A stretch of DNA of 64,000 nt from Thermodesulfobacteriota bacterium. Lineage in GTDB: Bacteria; Desulfobacterota; Desulfobacteria; Desulfobacterales; Desulfosalsimonadaceae. The notes under the pieces are model-generated. The model was not told the DNA's origin. It ran no database searches and saw nothing but the letters and a program-made list of their open reading frames with translations. The DNA lies in contig JBNJEA010000001.1 of assembly GCA_051745395.1 (NCBI GenBank), positions 2,201 to 66,200 of the forward strand, read 5' to 3'. The first letter of the stretch is position 1; every line of letters begins with the position of its first letter. Below, piece by piece: positions 52,676-61,263 of this stretch. Made by a program: the position numbers and the translations under genes.

Positions 52676-53683
52676 ATGGCCGATCTTGCCAGCCAGGAAG
52701 CGCTACTGGATCAATACATCAGCGAAAATAAAACCGAAGAAGCTCTCAAGCTCCTGTTCGACCTGATCGTGGCGCATGCAAAGGAAAAAAATTTTGAAAA
52801 GGCCGAGGCTTTGCATGAAAGACTCTATGATGTAGACCCCATGGCCTTGACCGAAATCGTTCGGGCCGGTGAAATTATTGAAGAGGCCAAAAGCGAAAGC
52901 CTGGACAAGGAGCACCTGGAAATCTGGGCCGATCTGTATGAAAACCTGTCGGCCGCAGAAGGCAATGCACTGTATTATTCCATGAAACCCCGGGAATTTG
53001 AGGCCGGCGAGCCGATTGTGGAGCAGGGCGCCATCGACAACCGCCTCTACTTCATCAACAAGGGGGAGGTCAAGGCTGTTTTCCGCAAAGAAGACAAGGA
53101 AAAGCTTTTGCTGACATTGGGCGTGGGCGATATTTTCGGCCAGGACCAGTTTTTTTCCGCCACCGTGTCCACGGTTTCCCTGATACCGCTTTCCCGGGTC
53201 AAGGTTACCTGCCTGGAAAGCGATGTGTTGAAAAAATGGAAAAACGATACCCCGGCACTGGAATCCAAACTGTTTGACTATTGCCGCTACCGCGACAAGA
53301 TCAAGCAGACCCTCGGGGCCAAGGGCATGGAACGCCGGGAGTATACGCGCACCCCGCTTTCCGGCAAGATGGTGTTTCACCTGCTCGACGGGGCGAACAA
53401 AAGCATGGGAAAGGCGTATAAGGGCGAGATTTCCGATATTTCCGCCGGCGGACTTTCCTTTCTGATCAAAACCTCCAAGCCGGAAACCATCCGCATGCTG
53501 CTCGGCCGAAGGCTGCAGGTGAAATTCGATCTGGTCTTAAAAGACGGGCAGCGCCGCACCGTGGACCAGCCCGGCCACGTCATTGCCGTGCAGTCCCAGG
53601 CATTTGATGACTTCTCCATTCATTTAAAACTCGACACCCCGCTGGATCAGTCGCTGATCGAAGCCATTACGCAGGGCGATTGA
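52676..53683 (+). CDS. Cyclic-nucleotide-binding-like domain + PilZ domain protein
   Basis: AAGGAGG Shine-Dalgarno. CAP/cNMP-like beta-roll (GEPIVEQGAIDNRLYFINKGEVKAV...GDIFGQDQFF). PilZ motifs RREYTR (RxxxR) and DISAGG (DxSxxG). Confidence 0.7.
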   Translation: MADLASQEALLDQYISENKTEEALKLLFDLIVAHAKEKNFEKAEALHERLYDVDPMALTEIVRAGEIIEEAKSESLDKEHLEIWADLYENLSAAEGNALYYSMKPREFEAGEPIVEQGAIDNRLYFINKGEVKAVFRKEDKEKLLLTLGVGDIFGQDQFFSATVSTVSLIPLSRVKVTCLESDVLKKWKNDTPALESKLFDYCRYRDKIKQTLGAKGMERREYTRTPLSGKMVFHLLDGANKSMGKAYKGEISDISAGGLSFLIKTSKPETIRMLLGRRLQVKFDLVLKDGQRRTVDQPGHVIAVQSQAFDDFSIHLKLDTPLDQSLIEAITQGD

Positions 53684-53757
53684 CCGCTTTATTACTTTGA
53701 TGTTTATTACTTTGCCATCTGAAAAATAACTATTTACGGCAGCAGCATATGCTGCAC

Positions 53758-53801
53758 AAAAAAAGGCTTTGCCCGCAATTGTTCGGGGCAAAGCCTTTTT
53801 T
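53758..53801. terminator. Bidirectional rho-independent terminator between convergent genes
   Basis: AAAAAAGGCTTTGCCC-gcaattgttcg-GGGCAAAGCCTTTTTT, with an A-run on one side and a T-run on the other. Confidence 0.6.
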
Positions 53802-53831
53802 GTTTTGGTGGAAAAACGGCCGGCGGCGGAT

Positions 53832-54509
53832 TTACTTGCCGGCGACCTCGTTATTGCAGTGCTTGCAAACTTTTGCGCGCTTTTTGATGACCTCTGCGCA
53901 AAACGGGCATTCCCGGGTGAAATGACGTTCATGAATTTTGGTTACGGCATCATTTACCGTATTTTGAAGTGCTTGGTTTCCGAATTTGTGGCTGTTGAGC
54001 AACTCGACGGCTTCCAGATCGGCCATGTCGCCCGCCATTTCGGCGGCTTTGATCCGCACCCGCGACGGCTCCGTGGCATCGAGCAGCATGCGGACCACAC
54101 TGATGGCATCATTGGAGACGTAGCACTCCGAAAGCACGGAAAAACCGCGTTTGGTCTGTTCCTTGAGCGCTTCGCGTTCGGCCACTTCCTGTTCATCGAT
54201 AATTTGGGCCTGACCGCCCACGGAACTAAAAACGGGCATCAGTTCAAAATTTTTGTCATTCGGGCTTTTAATGCAGCGATAGGAAGCGTTCTGGGAGTAA
54301 TTTTCCCACAGGTTTTCCCATCCCTGCACATAGAGCGGACATTCATCGTTAAAGCAGACGAACATGTAAGGCGAATCCCAGCCCAGCCCGTCGCCGACTG
54401 CCACCGGCGGAATTTCCCATATTTTCATTTCGGTGCCGCAGTGCGGGCACACCGGTTTTTCCTGTTCCAGTACCCGTTCAAGGACTTGTTCCTTGGTCTC
54501 AAACATCAT
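53832..54509 (-). CDS. Zinc-ribbon protein, 225 aa
   Basis: N-terminal CPHCG...CFNDECP and C-terminal CPFCAEVIKKRAKVCKHCNNEV zinc ribbons flank a helical HEAT-like middle. Confidence 0.6.
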   Translation of the reverse strand: MMFETKEQVLERVLEQEKPVCPHCGTEMKIWEIPPVAVGDGLGWDSPYMFVCFNDECPLYVQGWENLWENYSQNASYRCIKSPNDKNFELMPVFSSVGGQAQIIDEQEVAEREALKEQTKRGFSVLSECYVSNDAISVVRMLLDATEPSRVRIKAAEMAGDMADLEAVELLNSHKFGNQALQNTVNDAVTKIHERHFTRECPFCAEVIKKRAKVCKHCNNEVAGK

Positions 54510-54562
54510 AGGGTTTTCTCCTTATATTTTTATACCTGTTATCCGCCGGTGCGAAAATGCGA

Positions 54563-54976
54563 TCAGGATTGCTCGTCTTCTTCGCCTCCCTCTTCTTCCT
54601 CCGCGTCATCTTCGAGCAGGTCCTCGATTTCAACGGATTCATCAGCGGCGGCTTCTTCAGGCGGTTCAGGGGTTTTAAACAGATCCACGTCATCGACGAC
54701 CAGTTCGACGGGGCCGGTCTGTTCTTGATCCTTTTCATACAAATCGACGACCGTGTCGGCGATTTTGTCGATATAGGCGGAAATCGGGTACAGGTTCGGG
54801 GTCCGCAGGGTGTCGATGAGGATTTTTTTATCCTGCTTTACCGCGGATGCAACCGTTTTGCCGTCATAAGACTCCTCGCATATCAGGGAAAAAAGGTCTT
54901 TGCTTAATTCGGCATATTCCTGGATGGTGAGGGCATCGGTCTGATTGTCTTTTAAAATCGTATACTTCTGTTTCAT
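54563..54976 (-). CDS. Hypothetical protein with a strongly acidic C-terminal tail, 137 aa
   Basis: Track ORF trimmed to ATG 54976 (GGAAGGA upstream): MKQKYTILKDNQTD... ending EPPEEAAADESVEIEDLLEDDAEEEEGGEEDEQS. Lies 53 nt upstream of the zinc-ribbon gene. Confidence 0.5.
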   Translation of the reverse strand: MKQKYTILKDNQTDALTIQEYAELSKDLFSLICEESYDGKTVASAVKQDKKILIDTLRTPNLYPISAYIDKIADTVVDLYEKDQEQTGPVELVVDDVDLFKTPEPPEEAAADESVEIEDLLEDDAEEEEGGEEDEQS

Positions 54977-55207
54977 GTGGGGTTCCTTCCAAAAATATTG
55001 CCACTGTTTGCAAAGCGGCCGTGCCTGTTTTATGGTACGATTGTCAATGGCCTTATAATAAGTCAAATTTCAATCATGTCAATATCCAATCACACAAAAG
55101 CCAAGCGGCACAAACCGCGATCTGAAAGCGGCTTGTGCCGGCAAACACCGATAAAATTATTGACCGTTGGATTTGTGTTCTGGTATGCAGGAAAACGATA
55201 TCATTGC

Positions 55208-55293
55208 GGAGGGATGGCCGAGTGGCTTAAGGCGGCGGTCTTGAAAACCGTTGAGCGAAAGCTCCGTGGGTTCGAATCCTACTCCCTCCGCCA
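55208..55293 (+). tRNA. tRNA-Ser (anticodon UGA), CCA encoded
   Basis: Acceptor stem GGAGGGA/TCCCTCC, anticodon loop CTTGAAA, long variable arm, T-loop GGTTCGAATCC, 3' GCCA. Confidence 0.95.
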
Positions 55294-55329
55294 TGGAAAC
55301 TGAAAAATTCATTATGTAATTCATCATAC

Positions 55330-55422
55330 GGAGAGATGGCCGAGTCGGCTGAAGGCGCTCGCCTGCTAAGCGAGTAACGGGGTAACACTCGTTCGAGGGT
55401 TCGAATCCCTCTCTCTCCGCCA
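55330..55422 (+). tRNA. tRNA-Ser (anticodon GCU), CCA encoded
   Basis: Acceptor stem GGAGAGA/TCTCTCC, anticodon stem CTCGC/GCGAG with loop CTGCTAA, long variable arm, T-loop GGTTCGAATCC, 3' GCCA. Confidence 0.95.
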
Positions 55423-55435
55423 TTTCAAATACTTG

Positions 55436-55461
55436 GCCCGGTCGATTGACCGGGCTTTTTT
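55436..55461 (+). terminator. Rho-independent terminator after the tRNA-Ser pair
   Basis: GCCCGGTC-gatt-GACCGGGC followed by TTTTTT. Confidence 0.7.
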
Positions 55462-55465
55462 ATAT

Positions 55466-55505
55466 AAAAAGACCCACGGTTTAGCGTGAAACCCTGGGTC
55501 TTTTT
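55466..55505. terminator. Hairpin flanked by an A-run and a T-run, likely the hsp20 terminator (bidirectional)
   Basis: AAAAAGACCCAcGG-tttagcgtgaaa-CCcTGGGTCTTTTT, 22 nt beyond the hsp20 stop. Confidence 0.5.
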
Positions 55506-55527
55506 CAAGAGGGACATGCAGAAGCTG

Positions 55528-55974
55528 TTACTTGACCTCAATCTTTTTTGTCTGACTTTCCTCGGTTTTGGGAACGGTGATTTTCAGCACGCCCTCCTCG
55601 AACTGGGCGTCGATTTTATCGGCGTCCACGTTGTCGGGCAGCGTGAAGGCACGCTGGAACTTGCCGTAAAACCGTTCCCGGCGATAGAAATTCTCCTCAT
55701 TGACGTCCTCATCATAGTTGCGTTCCCCGCTGAGGGTCAGCACGTTGTTCCGGACATCAATGGAGATATCATCTTTTTTGATGCCGGGCAGTTCCGCCCG
55801 GATTTCTATCGCATTGTCTTTTTCAACAGTGTCCACCGAGGGCTGCCAGTTGAAAAAGCCCGTTTGGTCTCTTTCAGTCGCCGGCAGCATTTCATCAAAG
55901 AGCCGATTGATTTCGTTCTGTAAAGTCGGTTTGGTCATCCACGGATCCCTTCGCATCAGTGCCATAACCGTCAC
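55528..55974 (-). CDS. Hsp20/alpha-crystallin family small heat-shock protein
   Basis: 148 aa. Alpha-crystallin domain (PSVDTVEKDNAIEIRAELPGIKKDDISIDV...FTLPDNVDADKIDAQFEEGVLKITVPK). Confidence 0.9.
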   Translation of the reverse strand: MTVMALMRRDPWMTKPTLQNEINRLFDEMLPATERDQTGFFNWQPSVDTVEKDNAIEIRAELPGIKKDDISIDVRNNVLTLSGERNYDEDVNEENFYRRERFYGKFQRAFTLPDNVDADKIDAQFEEGVLKITVPKTEESQTKKIEVK

Positions 55975-56134
55975 CTCCTTTTATAACAGCTTGGATTTGT
56001 TTTTTATCCCTCTTTTTCAACTCCAACTATAAACATCCTGTTTGGGTATGCAAGGGGTTGAATTTCAATCGATTTCATATTGCCTGATCCGCTGTTCAGA
56101 AGAAGCGTTTCGTTTCTCCACGACCCTGATTTTT

Positions 56135-57052
56135 TTATTGGCGTCGGCAGCCCTGCCGCAGGCCCCGGTCCGCCATGGTCTGCTGAATCCGGGCCAGGGT
56201 GCCGCGCTTGTCAAGCGCCCACTCGGGGGCGATCAGCTCGTCCCGGTGCGGGTCGCCGGTCAGGCGCTGGACGACCACGGTTTCGGGCAGGCGTGTCAAA
56301 AATTCGCAGACGAGATCCACGTATTGCCCCTGGGATAGGCAGGTGTAGTTGCCGCGGCGGTACCAGTCGGCCAGCACCGTATCGCAGACCACGTAGAGCA
56401 GGTGCAGCTTGATGCCGTCGATGCCGAGATTTGCCAGAAAGTCTGCGGTCTGCATCATCTGTTGCCGGGTTTCGCCGGGAAGGCCCAGGATGACGTGCAC
56501 GCAGAAGGGGATACCGCGGTTTTTCGTGGCCGCCACGGCCTGCTGGAATGCGGCTGCGTCGTGGCCGCGGTTGATGCGGGCAAGGGTTTCGTCGTGGGCC
56601 GACTGCAGGCCGTATTCCACCCAGACGAGAAAATCACTGGTATAGGATGTCAGCAGGTCGATGATGTCTTCGTCCACGCAGTCCGGCCGGGTGCCCACGC
56701 ACAGGCCGACCACGCCGTCGACGGCCAGGGCTTCGTCGTAGAGGGCCTTCAGTTGTGCTGCGGGCGCATAGGTGTTGGTATAGGATTGAAAGTAGGCCAG
56801 GAACTTTTTGGCCTTGTAGCGTTTGGCCAGGGCCGCTTTGCCGGCTTCGAGCTGCTGCGTGATGGAGATATCCCAGCGGTGGGCGCCGGTGCCCGAGCCG
56901 TGGGCGTTGCAGTAAATGCAGCCTGTGCGGGAAAGCGTGCCGTCGCGGTTCGGGCAGGACAGGCCCGCGTCGATGGTGATTTTCTGGACCCGGCAGCCGT
57001 ATTGCTGCCTGAGGTACGTGTTGAAATCGAAATATCTTTTCAGGTCATCCAT
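56135..57052 (-). CDS. TIGR01212 (YhcC-type) radical SAM protein
   Basis: Track ORF trimmed to ATG 57052 (306 aa): MDDLKRYFDFNTYLRQQYGCRVQKITIDAGLSCPNRDGTLSRTGCIYCN, the extended Cys motif typical of this family. Confidence 0.8.
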   Translation of the reverse strand: MDDLKRYFDFNTYLRQQYGCRVQKITIDAGLSCPNRDGTLSRTGCIYCNAHGSGTGAHRWDISITQQLEAGKAALAKRYKAKKFLAYFQSYTNTYAPAAQLKALYDEALAVDGVVGLCVGTRPDCVDEDIIDLLTSYTSDFLVWVEYGLQSAHDETLARINRGHDAAAFQQAVAATKNRGIPFCVHVILGLPGETRQQMMQTADFLANLGIDGIKLHLLYVVCDTVLADWYRRGNYTCLSQGQYVDLVCEFLTRLPETVVVQRLTGDPHRDELIAPEWALDKRGTLARIQQTMADRGLRQGCRRQ

Positions 57053-57404
57053 TGCTATACTTGACCGGTTAGAAAAGGGGATATAAGATGCTTTCCTTTT
57101 ATACCAGCCGAATACCACATCCGGTTTGACACCGCAATCGGCTGGCCTGGCGGTAGAGAAGAAAATATCCAAAAAGGACATTGCTTCTTCCGTAATGCTC
57201 GCGAAAGCGGGCATCCCGTTTTCCAGGCGGCAAGAAAAACCTGGATGCCTGCCTCCCGAAAGGGTCCGGGACAGGTTCGCAGGCATGACAGACGCAGCAA
57301 TATTGCTGTTTTTGTTCGGTCACGGCAGCTCATGAAGCCTTTTATCAGAAGACAAAAGCAGAAACTGGAATATTACGGATAACCAGGTGACCCTAATTTA
57401 AGAC

Positions 57405-59309
57405 ATGGCAGCTTATACCAAAACATACGACGTTATCGTGGTCGGCGCCGGTCATGCCGGCTGCGAGGCCGCGCTGGCCGCGGCCCGGATGGGGTGCGCG
57501 GTGCTGCTGGTGGCCATCGACCTGGACAAGATCGCGGCCATGCCCTGCAGCCCGTCGATCGGCGGCATGGCCAAGGGGCAGCTCGTCCGGGAAATCGACG
57601 CCCTGGGCGGGGAAATGGCAAAGGTCACCGACAAAACCGCGATTCATTTCAAGACGTTAAATACAAGGAAAGGCCCGGCGGTCCAGTCCTCGCGGACGCA
57701 AAACGACAAGCTCCGCTACCACATGGTCATGAAGGCGGTGCTGGAAAGCACGCCGAATCTCGATGTCAAGCAGGCCATGATCGAGCGCCTGGTCATGGAA
57801 AACGGCCGGGTCGTCGGCGTGGCAGACCAGACCGGCTTCGGCTATACGGCGCCGGCGGTGGTGTTGGCCACGGGGACGTTTCTGGGCGGCCGGGTCTATA
57901 TCGGCCAAAACGCGTTTGCCGCCGGCCGGGCCGGCGAGTTTTCCTCGGAAGGACTGCCGGCAAGCCTGAAGTCCGTCGGATTTTCCATGGGGCGGTTGAA
58001 AACGGGCACTCCGCCCCGGCTGCACAAAGAAAGCATCGATTTTTCCCGGCTGACCCCACAGGCCGGAGACGAACGGGTGCGGCCGTTTTCCTTTTCCTCC
58101 GAGAACCTGCCGCTGCCCCAGGTGTCGAGCTATATTGGCGCGGTTAACCGCAAAACCATTGAAATAGCGTCGCAAAACCTGTCGCGGTCCTCTCTTTACG
58201 GCGGATTGATCCAGGGGGTGTCGGCCCGGTATTGCCCCTCGTTTGAGGACAAGGTGGTCAAGTTCCCGGACCGCGACAGCCACCAGGTCATCCTGGAGCC
58301 GGAGGGCTTAGACACCAGCGAGATCTATATCAGCGGGCTGGGCAACAGCCTGCCCCTGGAGGTCCAGGTGCAGCTCGTCCGCAGCATCGAAGGGTTGGAA
58401 TGCGCGGAAATCATGCGGCCGGGCTATGCCATCGAATATGATTACATCGATCCCGTGGAATTGAACCCCACCCTGGAGACCAAGCGGGTTTCGGGCCTGT
58501 ATCTGGCCGGCCAGATCAACGGCACCTCCGGCTACGAGGAAGCCGCCGCCCAGGGCATGTGGGCCGGCATCAACGCGGCCTGCCGCATCCAGGGGCGCCC
58601 CGCCTTTGTCCTGGACCGCTCCCAGGCCTACATGGGCGTGATGATCGATGATCTGGTCACCAAGGGGACCTCGGAACCCTACCGGATGTTTACCTCCCGG
58701 GCCGAGTACCGCTTGCTGCTGCGCGAAGACAATGCGGATTTGCGCTTGACCGGCATCGGCCATGAACTCGGGCTCATCGAGGCCGACCGGTACAGGGATT
58801 TGGCGGATCGAAAGCAGCGGATCGATGAAGAAATCGACCGGTTGCGCAAAACCGTGCTGTCGCCGGATCAAAGCGTCAATGCCTTTCTAGCCGCGCGCGG
58901 ATCGCCGCCCATTAAAACCGGCGTGCCCGCCGATCAGTTGCTCAAACGCAATGAACTCGATTATGAACTCGTCCGGCAATTTGCCGAACCGCCCGCCGCA
59001 GTCGACGACCGGGTGGTGCGCCAGGTGGAAATTGCGATCAAATATGCCGGCTACATCGACAAGCAGTTAAAGGAGATCGAGAAATTCAGGGCCCTGGAAA
59101 CCACCACAATACCGGCGGATTTTGATTATCATGGCGTCGCCGGCCTGTCCAACGAGCTAAAGGAAAAACTCTTTGCCCTGCGGCCCGTGAATCTGGGCCA
59201 GGCCGCCCGGATGGACGGCATGACCCCGGCGGCGATTTCCGTGCTCATGGTGGCATTAAAGGCCGCCGGGGGACGGTCAAATGTCGAAAAACATGACAAA
59301 TCGGTTTGA
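57405..59309 (+). CDS. mnmG: tRNA uridine 5-carboxymethylaminomethyl modification enzyme MnmG (GidA)
   Basis: 634 aa. [23 protein letters not shown] and the full-length GidA pattern. Confidence 0.95.
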   Translation: MAAYTKTYDVIVVGAGHAGCEAALAAARMGCAVLLVAIDLDKIAAMPCSPSIGGMAKGQLVREIDALGGEMAKVTDKTAIHFKTLNTRKGPAVQSSRTQNDKLRYHMVMKAVLESTPNLDVKQAMIERLVMENGRVVGVADQTGFGYTAPAVVLATGTFLGGRVYIGQNAFAAGRAGEFSSEGLPASLKSVGFSMGRLKTGTPPRLHKESIDFSRLTPQAGDERVRPFSFSSENLPLPQVSSYIGAVNRKTIEIASQNLSRSSLYGGLIQGVSARYCPSFEDKVVKFPDRDSHQVILEPEGLDTSEIYISGLGNSLPLEVQVQLVRSIEGLECAEIMRPGYAIEYDYIDPVELNPTLETKRVSGLYLAGQINGTSGYEEAAAQGMWAGINAACRIQGRPAFVLDRSQAYMGVMIDDLVTKGTSEPYRMFTSRAEYRLLLREDNADLRLTGIGHELGLIEADRYRDLADRKQRIDEEIDRLRKTVLSPDQSVNAFLAARGSPPIKTGVPADQLLKRNELDYELVRQFAEPPAAVDDRVVRQVEIAIKYAGYIDKQLKEIEKFRALETTTIPADFDYHGVAGLSNELKEKLFALRPVNLGQAARMDGMTPAAISVLMVALKAAGGRSNVEKHDKSV

Positions 59310-59426
59310 TATGTAGGTTTTCCGGTCTGTTCGGCGGCACAGACCCCCTTGACAAGCCACCGATCCGGATTATTGTTAGGCTTTACCTGTAAACGAAAAA
59401 TTTCAATACCAATAGGGTGATGCAAT

Positions 59427-60374
59427 ATGGCCCAGAAAGATTATTACGATATTCTCGGGGTTTCGAAAAACGCGTCGGAAGACGAGATCAAAAAGGCGTA
59501 CCGAAAGCTCGCCATGAAATATCATCCGGATCATTCCTCCGGATCCAAGGAAAACGAGGAAAAATTCAAGGAAATCAGCGAGGCCTATGCGGTCTTGAGC
59601 GATCCGGAAAAGCGCAAGCAGTATGACACTTACGGTTCCGAGGATTTCCAGCAGCGCTACAGCCAGGACGACATTTTCAAGGATTTCGACCTCGGCGATA
59701 TCCTGCGGGAATTCGGCTTCGGCGGCTCCTCGTTTTTTTCCTCCGGGGGCCGGGGCGGCCGCGGCCGGCAATCCGGGCGCCAGTTCTCATTTGACCCGGA
59801 GTCCATGTTCGGCATGGGCGGCGGCGGCGCCCAGCAGCAGGCCCAGATGAAGGGGCGGGACGTGGAATATGAACTGCCCCTGAGCTTGCAGGAAATCGCT
59901 ACCGGCACCTCGAAAACGATTACCGTCCGCACGCCGTCGGGCGGAACCGATACCCTGACGGTTAAAATTCCAAAGGGGTTGATTGACGGCAAAAAGGTCC
60001 GGCTCACCGGCAAAGGCGAGCCGAGCCCCTATGGCGGACCGGCGGGCGATCTGTTTATCCGTTCCAAGGTCACGGGGGATGCCGCCTATTCGAACAAGGA
60101 TTTCGATGTCTATGTCAACAAGGATATTAAGCTCACCGAGGCGCTGCTCGGCACAAAGGCGACCGTGACCACGCTGGAAGGCAAGCAGCTTTCCCTGACC
60201 ATTCCGCCGGGCACCAAGCCCAAAAGCAAGTTCCGCATCAGCGGGCAGGGCCTGCCCCACATGAAAGGCGGCGGCAGGGGCAACCTCTACGTGGTGGTCA
60301 ATATCGATATGCCCAAGAAGCTGAGCAAAAAACAAAAAGAACTGGTGGAAAAGCTGGCCGAGACCGGCTTGTAA
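59427..60374 (+). CDS. DnaJ-class co-chaperone without zinc finger (CbpA-like)
   Basis: 315 aa. J domain with HPD ([15 protein letters not shown]), a G/F-rich linker and DnaJ C-terminal domains. No CxxCxGxG repeats. Confidence 0.8.
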   Translation: MAQKDYYDILGVSKNASEDEIKKAYRKLAMKYHPDHSSGSKENEEKFKEISEAYAVLSDPEKRKQYDTYGSEDFQQRYSQDDIFKDFDLGDILREFGFGGSSFFSSGGRGGRGRQSGRQFSFDPESMFGMGGGGAQQQAQMKGRDVEYELPLSLQEIATGTSKTITVRTPSGGTDTLTVKIPKGLIDGKKVRLTGKGEPSPYGGPAGDLFIRSKVTGDAAYSNKDFDVYVNKDIKLTEALLGTKATVTTLEGKQLSLTIPPGTKPKSKFRISGQGLPHMKGGGRGNLYVVVNIDMPKKLSKKQKELVEKLAETGL

Positions 60375-60404
60375 TACAACTTTCTGTTTTTCCAAAAGTT
60401 TATA

Positions 60405-60436
60405 AAGCCGATGGCGCCCGCCATCGGCTTTTTTTA
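60405..60436 (+). terminator. Rho-independent terminator
   Basis: AAGCCGATGGCG-cc-CGCCATCGGCTT followed by TTTTT. Confidence 0.65.
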
Positions 60437-60723
60437 TCTGGATTTGCTCTCACCTTTCCCCCCTTCCGGTTGCCCGTTTTTCTCCGTATTTCGGGTAAAT
60501 CAACGAATCCCGTAAATTTATTGACAAAAGGGGATCGTTCATATAGATTCACCATGAAGGCAATATGCCCAAATATACTGTTTAATTTGTTATATTGCTA
60601 TAAAAACAGTTGGTTAAAAAACGTAAATCGCTTGCCCGTATTGTAATAGAACTTACATGATATGACTTCTGCCGGTTGTCTTTCCCAAAAACTGTCTTTG
60701 TAATGACACGTCAAAGATTGGAT

Positions 60724-61263
60724 ATGCCCAAACTTCTTCCCGTCCTCACCGAAAATGACATTCGCACGAAAGTTTCAATTGTGGCACAGCAGATTTCGTC
60801 GGATTATCAGGACAAAGAGCTTGTTCTGGTGGGCGTGCTCAAGGGGGCGTTTGTCTTTCTGGCCGATTTGATCCGGCAGTTGACGATACCGGTCACGATT
60901 GATTTCATATGGGTGTCGAGTTACGGCTGCGCCGATACCACGTCGGGGACGGTAACACGGGTCTCCGACATTACTACCGATATTTCCGGAAAACAGGTTC
61001 TGATTGTCGAAGACATCCTGGACACGGGGCTGACCGTAAAAGAGCTGATCGGCTGCCTGGCCGCGCACAACCCGGCAAGCATCGGGGTCTGCGCATTTGT
61101 TGACAAAAGCGTTCGGCGGCAGAATGATTGCCGGGCCGACTACGCCTGCCACCGGGTAGAAGAGGGGTTCCTTGTAGGGTATGGCCTGGATTTTGCAGAG
61201 AAATACCGGCATTTGCCTGCGCTATATGAATTAAATAATACAATCAGCGAGGAAGTAAAATGA
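60724..61263 (+). CDS. hpt: Hypoxanthine phosphoribosyltransferase
   Basis: Track ORF trimmed to ATG 60724 (start uncertain). PRPP-binding motif VLIVEDILDTGLT. Confidence 0.85.
   Translation: MPKLLPVLTENDIRTKVSIVAQQISSDYQDKELVLVGVLKGAFVFLADLIRQLTIPVTIDFIWVSSYGCADTTSGTVTRVSDITTDISGKQVLIVEDILDTGLTVKELIGCLAAHNPASIGVCAFVDKSVRRQNDCRADYACHRVEEGFLVGYGLDFAEKYRHLPALYELNNTISEEVK

Noticed and set aside
59324-59341. 18-nt identity (GGTCTGTTCGGCGGCACA) between the region downstream of mnmG and the first codons of nadD (47176-47193).
   Set aside because: At 59324 it is simply the left arm and loop of a hairpin (GGTCTG...CAGACC). At 47176 it encodes the conserved GLFGGTF motif. Nothing else around the two sites is similar, so I treat it as coincidence.
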